Below are positions 1 to 10,166 of a stretch of DNA of 64,000 bases, piece after piece. The notes under the pieces are model-generated. The model did no database searches. It saw only the letters and a list, made by a program, of their open reading frames with translations, and had not been told where the DNA came from. The translations under genes and the position numbers were made by a program. Location of the stretch: NCBI GenBank assembly GCA_902634515.1, contig CACPKH010000003.1:6627-70626 (forward strand). The letters are read 5' to 3'. Source of the stretch: an uncultured Prochlorococcus sp. (lineage in GTDB: Bacteria; Cyanobacteriota; Cyanobacteriia; PCC-6307; Cyanobiaceae). The first letter of the stretch is position 1. Each line of letters begins with the position of its first letter.

Positions 1-308
1 TAGGAGTCGTTTAAGTATGAGTAATCATTTTTTCTAAATCTGATCAATAGATTTAATTCAGGAATTTTTTGTCGACTTTAGATCGAACAGTTGTAAAAAA
101 ATTCATGATTCAGAATTTAAGCGTTATAAATTGTCAAAACCGAAAAATTTCTCCAAAAAGCCTAGATCTCTCTCCAGTATTGAATTTTCAAGATATCTGG
201 AAATAGACAAATCTTTTCAAATTCCAAAAAAGTGACACATTCTCCTGAAATAAGGTTGACGTACATGGGGGGTAAAGGTTTAAAGATCAATTCAGTAATA
301 TTTCTTCA

Positions 309-539
309 ATGGATTGGGAGTTCACTGAAGACGGAGCATTCCTTGCCTTGTGTGATGCCTTTCGCGAGAGCGGGGAAAGTTCTGCTATGGAATTCTTGGC
401 TAATGGCGAAGGAGCCTTTCATTTTCAAGAACTAACGCAAAATGCTGCGGGTGAAGGAATAGATCTGAGCGATTCAGATGCTATGGATGAATTTCAACAA
501 GAAATTATTGAAGCAATAGAAAACTTTTGTATTAATTAA
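309..539 (+). CDS. Small, extremely acidic hypothetical protein (76 aa, about 19 Asp/Glu, one Arg, no Lys)
   Basis: Intact ORF with a locally higher GC than the flanks. It converges on the metH 3' end. No recognisable motif. Confidence 0.45.
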   Translation: MDWEFTEDGAFLALCDAFRESGESSAMEFLANGEGAFHFQELTQNAAGEGIDLSDSDAMDEFQQEIIEAIENFCIN

Positions 540-548
540 TTAGCTGTT

Positions 549-3500
549 CTAGGCACTAAAATACTTTGATTGAGAGTGCAATGCGACAATTGCTGTTGTA
601 CTTTGCTCAGGGTTTAGTTGCTCACTCTCATCCATTGTAAGTCCAATTCTGTCGGCCTCAAGCCATTTAAGTTGATGCCTAGAATCACTTACATTTGGAC
701 ATGCTGGATAACCAAATGAATATCTACAACCTCTATATTTTTGAGCCAAGACGCCTCTGATATTAGAGGGTTCTGTATTAATAAAACCACAGTCTTTTCT
801 TATAAGAAAATGATTGTATTCTGCTAGTGCTTCAGCTAATTGAACAGTTAAACCATGAAAAAATAAATAATCTGAATACATATCTGATTTAAATAGTTGC
901 TGAGCATAATCACTGGCTTTCTTTCCCATTGTTACGGCCTGCATTGGTAGATAGTCCTCAGAATCATTAAAGTAATCTGATATGCATAACCGGTTACCAG
1001 ACTTTTGTCTTGGAAAATTAAAAACACCAAGTTGTTTATTAGTACTAGTTGAATTAATAATTAGTGAATTCTTATCTCTTCTACAGGGAAAATAACCGTA
1101 AACAATCGAAGGAGTAATTAGTGATCTTTCTTCTATTATTGAAATCCATTTATTTAATATTGGATAAGCTTTTTCTTCTAAATATAAATTGTATTCTTCT
1201 TTAGTTTGGTTTTTATTTCTTTTTAATTGCCATTGACTTGAGAATAAAGCATTCTTGTCTAAATAGTATAAAATATCTGAAAGCTTAATATCTGCACTAT
1301 CGATAACTTTAGAACCGAGAAATGGTGGGTTAATAGAAGGCTCTTTATTTATATAGTCTGAACGTTCAAAATTTCTTGAAACTAATAGGTTAGTAGTCAA
1401 TGGTTTTGAGTCGCTTGTATTTGTGCTTATTAACTCTTTGGGCAATAATGATTTAACTTCTTCTGAAATATTTTCACTAAAACCTTTTAAGTCGTCCCAA
1501 TCCTTGCTTCTTTTTGCCTCCATATAATTATCCATAAAGCGTAGGTCAGTGAAAGCATCCTTTCCATATATTACTTGGCCATTATAGACAGAATTACAAT
1601 CCTGATTAACAAACTTTGGGGTCAATGCAGCTCCTCCAAGGATTACTGGAACTGTAATATTTGAGTCATTTAATGATTGAAGGTTATCTTTCATAAATGC
1701 TGTTGATTTTACTAATAAACCACTCATAGCTATACAGTCTGGAGTGAAATTATTATAGGCATCAATAATAGATGAAATATCTTGCTTAATGCCTAGATTG
1801 ATAACCTTATAACCATTATTAGTTAAGATTATGTCAACTAGATTCTTTCCAATATCATGAACATCTCCCTTGACTGTAGCTATAAGAAAAACTCCTTTAG
1901 AATTATTTTCCGAACTAACATCATCTATATATGGCTCAAGATATGAAACAGCTTGCTTCATAGTCTCAGCTGATTGAAGTACAAATGGCAATTGCATTTG
2001 ACCTGATCCAAAAAGATCTCCAACGACCTTCATTCCTTCTAGTAAATATAAATTAATTATCTCTAATGCTGAATAATTTATCAAAGCTAATTTTAGGGTT
2101 TCTGCCAAGTCCTTTTTTTCTCCATCAATAATATGATTCTTAAGTCTCTCTTCTATAGTAAGTGACTTCTTCTCTACCTTCTTGTTAACTATATTTTGAT
2201 TTTCATTTATAAAGGCTTTTGTTAATTCAGTTAATGGATCATAAGTGCATATATCGTCGTTAAACACTCTATTATCGTAAATAAGGTCTAGACAAATCTT
2301 AATATCTTTTTTATTTATTTTATGTAAGGGTATTATTTTTGATGGAGATACAATTGCTGCTGTTAAACCTGATTCTAAACACTCATGTAAGAATACTGAA
2401 TTTAATGTTGTCCTGGCTAATGATGACAAACCAAAACTTACATTAGAGATGCCTAATATAGTATTAATCTTTGGGAATTTATTTTTTATATTTCTTATTG
2501 CTAGAACTGTTTCTTTGGCATTATTTCTATCCTCTTCTATACCTGTAGAGATGGGTAATACCAAAGGATCTATAAAGAGATCTGTTTCTTTAATACCAAA
2601 ATCAATAGCTTGATTATAAGATCTTTCGGTTATTTGAAACTTCTTATCAGATGATCTTGCCATGCCTTCCTCATCAATCGTCCCGATTACAATTGAAGCT
2701 CCATAATCCTTAGCTAATTGAAGAGTCTTCAAAAACCGACTTGGTCCATCCTCGTAATTAGTGGAATTTAATATACATTTACCGCCTGCTCTTTTTAAAC
2801 CACTTTCCATTTTTTTTGGGTCTGTAGAATCGAGCATTAATGGTAGGTTGATGTTAGTAACTAAACGAGAAACTATATTATCCATATCTTTTTCTCCATC
2901 TCTTCCAACATAATCAACATTTACATCTAAAATATGAGCATTTTCTTTTTGTTGATCTTTAGCTATTGATACTAAACCGTCCCAATCATCTTTATTCAAT
3001 AGCTCTCGAACTTTTTTAGAACCACTTGCGTTTAATCTTTCTCCTACTATTAAAAAGGATGTATCTTGTTTATAATTTGTTGATTCATAAATAGATGAAG
3101 CAGATGGTAGATGCAATTTCTTAGAAATATTGGTATTAGCTGGAGTTTCTCTTAAGTCCTTAATCATTAATGATAACTGCTCTATATGAAGGGGAGTAGT
3201 ACCACAACATCCTCCAACTACTTTAACTCCTAAATCATTTATGAAATACATTAATTGCATCTTTAATTCTAATGGAGTTAATCTATAATGTGCTTTGCCT
3301 CCTATATTCTCTGGTAGTCCTGCATTAGGTATACAACTAGTTATAAAAGGAGAGTATTCAGATAAATATTTTATATGTTCTTTCATTTGCTCAGGACCAG
3401 TTGCACAATTTAGTCCTAAGATGTCTATATCAAATGGTTCTAAAATTGTTAAAACTGATGCTATATCGGAGCCTACTAGCATTGTACCGGTAGTTTCCAT

Positions 3501-4082
3501 TGTAATAGAAACCATAATAGGCAAATTAACTTGCAGAGAAGCGAATGATTTTTTTATTGCACAGAGAGCACTTTTAATCTGTAAAACATCCTGACAAGTT
3601 TCTAATAATAAGAGATCTACTCCTCCTTCTATAAGAGCCTCTGCCTGTTGCTGATAACTAGTTAAAAGATTATCAAAACTGATATGCCCTAAAGTAGGTA
3701 ATTTTGTCGTAGGTCCCATTGAACCAGCTACATATTTATATTTACCATTAGTTGAAAATTCTTTGGCAATAGATTTTGCTAATTCAGCAGACTTCCTATT
3801 GATCAAATATGTATTATCTTCTAAGTTATATTCAGATAGTACTATTGAATTAGCTCCAAAAGTATTAGTCTCTATTACATCACAGCCTGCATTTAAAAAA
3901 CTTTTATGGACATTGGCTATTGATTGTGGTGATGTTATTATTAAGTTTTCATTGCAACCATCTAGGTTATCTCCTCCGAAATCCTTTGCTTTTAAGTCAA
4001 GCATTTGGAGCGAAGTACCCATAGCCCCATCAAAAAGAATGGCTTGTGAATCACCTTTATATAAATAATCTTTAAAATCCAT
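549..4082 (-). CDS. metH: Cobalamin-dependent methionine synthase
   Basis: 1177 aa. Homocysteine-binding domain (GGCCGTTP), pterin-binding region, B12-binding motif GDVHDIGKN with downstream SGLL and GGA, and a C-terminal AdoMet activation domain ([10 protein letters not shown]). Confidence 0.95.
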   Translation of the reverse strand: MDFKDYLYKGDSQAILFDGAMGTSLQMLDLKAKDFGGDNLDGCNENLIITSPQSIANVHKSFLNAGCDVIETNTFGANSIVLSEYNLEDNTYLINRKSAELAKSIAKEFSTNGKYKYVAGSMGPTTKLPTLGHISFDNLLTSYQQQAEALIEGGVDLLLLETCQDVLQIKSALCAIKKSFASLQVNLPIMVSITMETTGTMLVGSDIASVLTILEPFDIDILGLNCATGPEQMKEHIKYLSEYSPFITSCIPNAGLPENIGGKAHYRLTPLELKMQLMYFINDLGVKVVGGCCGTTPLHIEQLSLMIKDLRETPANTNISKKLHLPSASSIYESTNYKQDTSFLIVGERLNASGSKKVRELLNKDDWDGLVSIAKDQQKENAHILDVNVDYVGRDGEKDMDNIVSRLVTNINLPLMLDSTDPKKMESGLKRAGGKCILNSTNYEDGPSRFLKTLQLAKDYGASIVIGTIDEEGMARSSDKKFQITERSYNQAIDFGIKETDLFIDPLVLPISTGIEEDRNNAKETVLAIRNIKNKFPKINTILGISNVSFGLSSLARTTLNSVFLHECLESGLTAAIVSPSKIIPLHKINKKDIKICLDLIYDNRVFNDDICTYDPLTELTKAFINENQNIVNKKVEKKSLTIEERLKNHIIDGEKKDLAETLKLALINYSALEIINLYLLEGMKVVGDLFGSGQMQLPFVLQSAETMKQAVSYLEPYIDDVSSENNSKGVFLIATVKGDVHDIGKNLVDIILTNNGYKVINLGIKQDISSIIDAYNNFTPDCIAMSGLLVKSTAFMKDNLQSLNDSNITVPVILGGAALTPKFVNQDCNSVYNGQVIYGKDAFTDLRFMDNYMEAKRSKDWDDLKGFSENISEEVKSLLPKELISTNTSDSKPLTTNLLVSRNFERSDYINKEPSINPPFLGSKVIDSADIKLSDILYYLDKNALFSSQWQLKRNKNQTKEEYNLYLEEKAYPILNKWISIIEERSLITPSIVYGYFPCRRDKNSLIINSTSTNKQLGVFNFPRQKSGNRLCISDYFNDSEDYLPMQAVTMGKKASDYAQQLFKSDMYSDYLFFHGLTVQLAEALAEYNHFLIRKDCGFINTEPSNIRGVLAQKYRGCRYSFGYPACPNVSDSRHQLKWLEADRIGLTMDESEQLNPEQSTTAIVALHSQSKYFSA

Positions 4083-4099
4083 ATTATAAGGATATTTTC

Positions 4100-5050
4100 C
4101 TAATTACTAAGTTTTACTTTAGTAACCCAATGTGAAAACTTATCTGGGTTTCCATTTGTAATATTCACAAGTCTAGTTTTTAATTTATTCATTATAGGCC
4201 TTTCAGAACATAATTTTGTAGATTCTATTTGCTTAATAGGGGTTATTTTTGCTGCTGTACCTGTCAAGAAAACTTCGTCAGCTATTAATAATTCTGTCTT
4301 GTCAACTGGTCTCTCTATAACCTTAATGTTCATATCTTCGGCTATTTCTATAACACTTGCCCTAGTAATGCCTTCTAAAATATCTTGATCAACACCAGGG
4401 GTAATTAACTTATTGTCTCTTACTAAAAATAGGTTCATACCACTAGCTTCACTAACCTTGCCTTGAGAATTCAGCAATAAAGCTTCATCAAATCCACTAA
4501 GTACTGCTTCTGTTTTCGCTAACGAACTCGTAATATATGCTCCACTTATTTTTCCTCTCAATGGAAGAGATGCATCTTGCTGTCGTGTCCAGCTACTCAT
4601 TCTACATTTGACTCCTTCAGGAGAAAGATAATCGCCAAGTTCTAACCCATAAATCAAGAAATCAGTTTCAATATTATGTAATCTTGGTGCTATCCCTAAA
4701 TCACTAGTGTAAAGAAAAGGTCGAATATAAATTGGTTTAGTAGGATGGTTTGCCTTAAGAAAGTTGTGTAAGCAATCAATAATTGTTTCTTCTTTTAATT
4801 CGGCAAGCAAAAGATTGGCGCTTTGACTAAGACGCTTGGCATGTTTATCAGCCCTAAAAAGAAGAAAGTTACAAGAGTCATTAGGATCTGGAATTGCTCG
4901 CATACCACCAAAGGCTGCAGTCCCGTAATGGAGCGAGTGGGTTGCTATAGAAACCTTGGCTTCATCAAAAGGTACAAAATTACCTTGAAACCATGCATAT
5001 GGTAAAAAGTTGTGCATACTTTGGTTTTTTGTATTATTAGATTTTCCCAT
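4100..5050 (-). CDS. ilvE: Branched-chain amino acid aminotransferase (class IV)
   Basis: 316 aa. Class IV aminotransferase pattern ([19 protein letters not shown]). Sits 17 nt upstream of metH on the same strand. Confidence 0.9.
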   Translation of the reverse strand: MGKSNNTKNQSMHNFLPYAWFQGNFVPFDEAKVSIATHSLHYGTAAFGGMRAIPDPNDSCNFLLFRADKHAKRLSQSANLLLAELKEETIIDCLHNFLKANHPTKPIYIRPFLYTSDLGIAPRLHNIETDFLIYGLELGDYLSPEGVKCRMSSWTRQQDASLPLRGKISGAYITSSLAKTEAVLSGFDEALLLNSQGKVSEASGMNLFLVRDNKLITPGVDQDILEGITRASVIEIAEDMNIKVIERPVDKTELLIADEVFLTGTAAKITPIKQIESTKLCSERPIMNKLKTRLVNITNGNPDKFSHWVTKVKLSN

Positions 5051-5093
5051 TGTCTATAGTTTTGTATAGAAGCAAATAGTCGATAATGAAATC

Positions 5094-8000
5094 ATGCATC
5101 GAATAGCAAGTCTTCCTGGAGAAGTAGGTACTCCTAATAATATTTCTATTATAGAACAGCCAAAAGCTCCTGTTCTTTTCATAACTAGTGCAAATACAGA
5201 TATATCAACGATTTCAGCGTTTATGAAGACTGATGCTGGAAAAGTTTGGAGAGATGAACTAAGAGCTATACATCTGTCATTCTTAAGCCATCAATCTCAA
5301 ATAGATCATTATCTTTCAACAACAGCATGTGAAGCTAAAATTATAATATTAAGGTTATTAGGTGGAAAGTCCCATTGGCCCTATGGGATTGAAAAATTAC
5401 GACAGTGGAAGCTTAAGGATAAAAATAATATTTTAATAATATTATCTGGAATTAAGGAAAATGAAACAGAGTTACATGAAGTAGGGTCTATAAAACCATC
5501 TTTATCTTCTAAATTTGCTAACTTATTTAGTTCTGGTGGTATTGAAAACATATCAACATTTTTTTTTAATATCAAAAAAATATATTCTGATAATACAACT
5601 ATTGATGAGAGTAAAATTAAAGTTAAACAACTAGATGATCCATATTGTTGGGACTGGCTTGCAGAAAGTTATCCAAGGGTAGGTATTATATATTATTCAT
5701 CATCATATCAAGCAGATGACATATTATTGGCTAAAGAAATAAATAAAAGACTTAGAAAGCAAAAGTTAAGTCCAAGATGTTTATGGGTTACAAGCTTAAA
5801 AAATAAAAGCGTACAAAAGGAAGTCTCACTTATTTTAAAAGCTCAAAATGTCTCTGCAGTTATAATAGCTACTTCGTTTTCTACTATTACTTTCCAAGAG
5901 AATTATACTGGGAGTTTAATATGGGATGTACTTGAGGCTCCAATATTCCAAATGTTAATTAGTAATGATTCATATAAGAAGTGGCAAAAGCTAAATAGAG
6001 GATTAGATCCTATAGATTTATCTCTTCAAATAGTTTTACCAGAATTAGATGGTCGAATTAATTCTCGAATTTGTGGCTTTAAAGAAATTCAGGAAGTGGA
6101 CAAGAATCTATACACAACTGTTATTAAAACTAAACCATATATAAAAGGAATAATTTCAATGATCAGACTTGTTAAAGCATATACAAAATTAGCCAATACA
6201 CCTACTTCTAAAACTAAGATAGCTCTTGTTATATCTAATTACCCAATTAGAGATGGCCGATTGGCAAATGGTGTAGGTCTAGATACACCAGAAACAATAG
6301 TAAATATTCTTAAGTGGTTAAAAAAAGATAGTTATAATATAGGTCCAGACGAAGAGGTACCTAATACAAGTGACAATCTTATAAAGTTAATATTAAGTAA
6401 GAGAACAAATTCGCTTGAATCTATACATAAATCTCCATTAACATATTTTTCATTGAAAGATTATTTATTAGTTTGGAAGAAAATTCCTATGAAGTCTAAA
6501 AGAGAGATTATAGATAAGTGGGGAGAGCCAGAATCTTCACAAGAGCTAGAAAAACAAGGCTTTCCAATTCATGGAATAACACTTGGAAATATATCAATAC
6601 TAATTCAACCAAGTAGAGGTTATAATGAAGACAATATAGATGACCTTCACTCTCCATATCTTCCTCCGCCTCATAGATATATAGCACAATATTTATGGCT
6701 TCATAGAACATTCAAAGCAAATTGCCTAGTACATGTTGGTAAACATGGAACTCTTGAATGGCTGCCAGGTAAAAGTACTGCACTTAGTGAATCTTGTTTC
6801 CCAAATCTGGTAATGCCTAATATTCCAAATATCTACCCATTTATAGTAAATGATCCAGGGGAAGGTACTCAAGCAAAAAGAAGAACTAGTTCCATTATTG
6901 TAGATCATCTAACTCCTCCATTATCTAAATCTGGATTGTATGGGGATTTAATACAGATAGAAAGTTTAATAGATGAATATAATCAATCTATTTCATTTAA
7001 TTCAGATCGTAAAGAGATAATAGAGAATAAATTAAAATTATTATTCAAAAAAACAAATATTAATAATACTCTAACTTCTAAGGGTTATGATTTTAACAGA
7101 TATTTAGAAAGAGCCGAATCTTATTTGTGCGAAATCAAAGAAGCTCAAATAAGAACAGGGTTACATATCCTTGGCAAGCAATTGACAAAATCTAATCTAG
7201 CCAACCTAGCATTATGTATTGCTCAGGCAAATACATCTAATCACGTTGGTATCTCCCAATATATTGCAAATTATTATTCCCTATCAATAAATCCACTGAT
7301 TGAAGACATTGAAAAGGATAAAACTAACAAAGACTTATTAATAGTGAATAAACTGACAAGTTCTAATTATCATAAAAAGTCTGACATACTAGATTTTATC
7401 AATGCAATCTCTATTTCCTTAATAAATAAATTTATTTATAATAACAAAGAAGTATACAATGATAAATTTGATAAAGAAGCTATAAATATCTTAGTTAAGG
7501 AATTTCATGAAAATAATGAGAATATCTCTTACATAAATTTTTTAAAGGATAGAATATTATCTAAAATTTTAGAAAGTACTCTAAAAGAACAAGAATCCTT
7601 TCTAAAGGCCATCAAAGGCAAAAGAATTCCCAGTGGTCCATCAGGAGCACCTACTAGAGGCAAAATTGAGGTACTTCCTACAGGACGAAATTTCTTTAGT
7701 GTCGACTTAAGAGGAGTTCCAACAGAATCAGCATGGGACCTTGGTAATAGAAGTGCAAATACTGTATTAGATCTATTTCTTCAAGAAAATGGAAATGACC
7801 TTAATAAGCTAGCTATATCCTTATGGGGGACAGCCACCATGAGAAATGGTGGAGAGGATGTTGCACAAATTCTTTCGTTAATGGGCTTAAAACCGGTTTG
7901 GGATTATTCAACTAGACGGGTTATTGGCTTAGATGTGATTCCGATATCTGTCTTAAATAGACCAAGAGTAGACGTAACCATACGAATTTCTGGCTTGTTT

Positions 8001-8852
8001 AGAGACGCCTTCCCACAATTAATAGATTTACTAAATTCAGCAACTGAAATTATTAGTAATTTAAAGGAATCTAAAGAAGTTAATAAGTTAGCAGATTGCA
8101 AGAAAGAGGGTATGTCTACTTCCAGGGTTTTTGGATCTCCCCCAGAAACATACGGAACAGGAATACAAGAGTTAATAGAGTTTGGTAATTGGAAGAAAAA
8201 AACAGACCTGGGTTTAAAATATCTAACTTGGAGTAACTATTTGTATACACAAGATAATAAAACAATCAAGGATGAAAAGACAATTAAAGATATATTAAAA
8301 GATGTTCAGGTTGTAATTCATAATCAAGATAACCGTGAACATGACATTCTAGATTCCGATGATTATTATCAATTTCATGGAGGATTGTTTAATGCTGTAG
8401 ATATATTATCTGAAAAAACTCCAGAAGCTTATATATCAGATAATTCTAAATATACAAATCCAAAGGTAAATAAATTATCATATGAGTTAGAAAAGGTTGT
8501 TAGGTCAAGATTATTGAATCCTAAATGGATAAATGGAATGATGAAACATGGTTATAAAGGAGCATTTGAATTTTCGGCTACTTTAGATTACTTATTTTCA
8601 TATGATGCTACGACAAATATAGTTCCTAACTGGTGCTATAGATCTATAAAAGAAGATTGGTTAGAAAATTCTAAAGTAAAAAACTTTCTTATGAATAAGA
8701 ATCCATGGGCTTTAAGAGACATCGCTGAAAGACTAATTGAAGCTGCCAATAGAGAATTATGGAAAGACATAACATGTAAGGAAGAAGATTTCTTAAAGAA
8801 CATTATACTTAACACAGAGAGATCTATAGAGACATCAAAATATTTAGATTAG
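5094..8852 (+). CDS. cobN: Cobaltochelatase large subunit CobN
   Basis: 1252 aa CobN/ChlH-family chelatase. Contains HVGKHGTLEWLPGK and PTGRNFFSVD motifs. Clearly distinct from the chlH paralogue at 56538. Confidence 0.9.
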   Translation: MHRIASLPGEVGTPNNISIIEQPKAPVLFITSANTDISTISAFMKTDAGKVWRDELRAIHLSFLSHQSQIDHYLSTTACEAKIIILRLLGGKSHWPYGIEKLRQWKLKDKNNILIILSGIKENETELHEVGSIKPSLSSKFANLFSSGGIENISTFFFNIKKIYSDNTTIDESKIKVKQLDDPYCWDWLAESYPRVGIIYYSSSYQADDILLAKEINKRLRKQKLSPRCLWVTSLKNKSVQKEVSLILKAQNVSAVIIATSFSTITFQENYTGSLIWDVLEAPIFQMLISNDSYKKWQKLNRGLDPIDLSLQIVLPELDGRINSRICGFKEIQEVDKNLYTTVIKTKPYIKGIISMIRLVKAYTKLANTPTSKTKIALVISNYPIRDGRLANGVGLDTPETIVNILKWLKKDSYNIGPDEEVPNTSDNLIKLILSKRTNSLESIHKSPLTYFSLKDYLLVWKKIPMKSKREIIDKWGEPESSQELEKQGFPIHGITLGNISILIQPSRGYNEDNIDDLHSPYLPPPHRYIAQYLWLHRTFKANCLVHVGKHGTLEWLPGKSTALSESCFPNLVMPNIPNIYPFIVNDPGEGTQAKRRTSSIIVDHLTPPLSKSGLYGDLIQIESLIDEYNQSISFNSDRKEIIENKLKLLFKKTNINNTLTSKGYDFNRYLERAESYLCEIKEAQIRTGLHILGKQLTKSNLANLALCIAQANTSNHVGISQYIANYYSLSINPLIEDIEKDKTNKDLLIVNKLTSSNYHKKSDILDFINAISISLINKFIYNNKEVYNDKFDKEAINILVKEFHENNENISYINFLKDRILSKILESTLKEQESFLKAIKGKRIPSGPSGAPTRGKIEVLPTGRNFFSVDLRGVPTESAWDLGNRSANTVLDLFLQENGNDLNKLAISLWGTATMRNGGEDVAQILSLMGLKPVWDYSTRRVIGLDVIPISVLNRPRVDVTIRISGLFRDAFPQLIDLLNSATEIISNLKESKEVNKLADCKKEGMSTSRVFGSPPETYGTGIQELIEFGNWKKKTDLGLKYLTWSNYLYTQDNKTIKDEKTIKDILKDVQVVIHNQDNREHDILDSDDYYQFHGGLFNAVDILSEKTPEAYISDNSKYTNPKVNKLSYELEKVVRSRLLNPKWINGMMKHGYKGAFEFSATLDYLFSYDATTNIVPNWCYRSIKEDWLENSKVKNFLMNKNPWALRDIAERLIEAANRELWKDITCKEEDFLKNIILNTERSIETSKYLD

Positions 8853-8860
8853 AGTAAATA

Positions 8861-9514
8861 CTACCTTGACATTAAAGATAAGCCATGGGTATCTGTTCCA
8901 CAAGACTGAAGCATATTATATTTAGATGTATAGGAAGATATTAATTTACATAAATGTTCTGTTGGCTTCCACTTTAATGACATATCATAGTCATACCAAG
9001 TTTCTATGCCATCTATATTATATTCATAAGCATAATCAATAACTTGTTTATAAGTTAATCTGTAACGAGCTGGATGTGCAAGAATAGATATTCCATCGGA
9101 TTTTTTTATAGCTTCTATTACATTAGCTGCTTGGAGATCCTGGCCAACTGGTGCCTCATTATTTATGTATGGCAAAAGATACTTTGAATTTACATTAAAT
9201 CCATATCCCAATATATGAACTAAACATTTATTTAATACGCAGCTTATTTCTATACCTGACCATAATTTAGGTAAATTTTTTTTATTAGACATTGATAGTA
9301 ACCATTTATTAGCTATCAAATAGGCGTTTATAGAATGATGATCTGTTATAGAAAGATGCTTTAACCCTATTTCCGATGCTTGTTGAATCAGTTGGAGAGG
9401 AGTTAAACTGCCATCACTATATATTGTATGAGTATGAAAGTTTAGGGTCCTAGGGCAACTATCCTCCTTGGTTGTTTTAAGTAATTCTTTTAAACTTTGT
9501 ATATTGCTTAACAT
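8861..9514 (-). CDS. PHP-domain metal-dependent phosphoesterase
   Basis: 217 aa. N-terminal HTHTIYSDG and ITDHH motifs, and a C-terminal GTDTHG, all typical of the PHP family. Confidence 0.75.
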   Translation of the reverse strand: MLSNIQSLKELLKTTKEDSCPRTLNFHTHTIYSDGSLTPLQLIQQASEIGLKHLSITDHHSINAYLIANKWLLSMSNKKNLPKLWSGIEISCVLNKCLVHILGYGFNVNSKYLLPYINNEAPVGQDLQAANVIEAIKKSDGISILAHPARYRLTYKQVIDYAYEYNIDGIETWYDYDMSLKWKPTEHLCKLISSYTSKYNMLQSCGTDTHGLSLMSR

Positions 9515-9516
9515 TT

Positions 9517-10086
9517 TTATTCATTTTCAGATTCTAACTTTAGCCTTCTGTACCGAGCATAAAATTGAATAGAGGCCGCCATCAATAATATAAGAGCAAA
9601 TATAAACCAAGTTGCAGCACTTGTAGGAAAACTATTTTTAAAGATTACTAGCATTACTATTATTACTAAAAGTATAGTAGGCATTTCATTAAGAATTCTA
9701 AGTTGTCGACCAGTCCATTTGAAACTTTCATTCTGAAGTTGATTCATTAATCTATAGCAAAAGAAATGGTATATAAGCAGCAAACTAACAAAGAATAGTT
9801 TTATCTGCATCCATAATTGTGTTAGCCATTCTGGCTGAGATACTAAAAGACCTATTGCCATAGATATAGTTAGTATCATTCCTGGTGTAGTTATAATATT
9901 TGCTAATCTTTTTTCCATAAGAGTATATTGCTTGAAAAATGCATCCTTTAGTTCTGGTTCATATTCATTAGCCTCTAAATGATAAATAAATAACCTTACA
10001 AGATAAAATAATCCTGCGAACCAAACCACTACACCTATAATGTGAAGTGTTTTAAACCACAAGTAGGCTTCACTGGGTAAATTCAT
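9517..10086 (-). CDS. hemJ: HemJ-type protoporphyrinogen IX oxidase (UPF0093 membrane protein)
   Basis: 189 aa with four or five hydrophobic helices. The N-terminal WFKTLHIIGVVVWFAGLFYL signature is typical of the cyanobacterial HemJ family. Confidence 0.7.
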   Translation of the reverse strand: MNLPSEAYLWFKTLHIIGVVVWFAGLFYLVRLFIYHLEANEYEPELKDAFFKQYTLMEKRLANIITTPGMILTISMAIGLLVSQPEWLTQLWMQIKLFFVSLLLIYHFFCYRLMNQLQNESFKWTGRQLRILNEMPTILLVIIVMLVIFKNSFPTSAATWFIFALILLMAASIQFYARYRRLKLESENE

Positions 10087-10166
10087 ATAAACCTATTATA
10101 TGTTCATAAGATACATAGATTAAATATAAATGTCATCCAAGGTATCAAATCGTATAGAAATATTCT

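Noticed and set aside
1-231. Leading 230 bp of the window, scanned on both strands for a gene fragment or RNA.
   Set aside because: It holds only a 33-aa plus-strand ORF of unconvincing composition and no recognisable structure. There is not enough evidence to call anything.
232-435. 67-aa plus-strand ORF overlapping the acidic 76-aa ORF in another frame.
   Set aside because: It overlaps the better-supported frame (309..539) and its composition looks unlike a protein. Most likely spurious.
8259-8292. Short tandem repeat in cobN encoding KTIKDEKTIKD.
   Set aside because: It is a trivial in-frame duplication of a few codons in a variable linker, with no evidence of functional or mobile significance.
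5094-8852. Sequence similarity between cobN and chlH (56538..60554), for example HVGKHGTLEWLPGK versus [14 protein letters not shown], considered as a possible large duplication or repeat.
   Set aside because: These are ancient paralogues of the chelatase large-subunit family with low overall identity. They are not a recent duplication or a repeat element.
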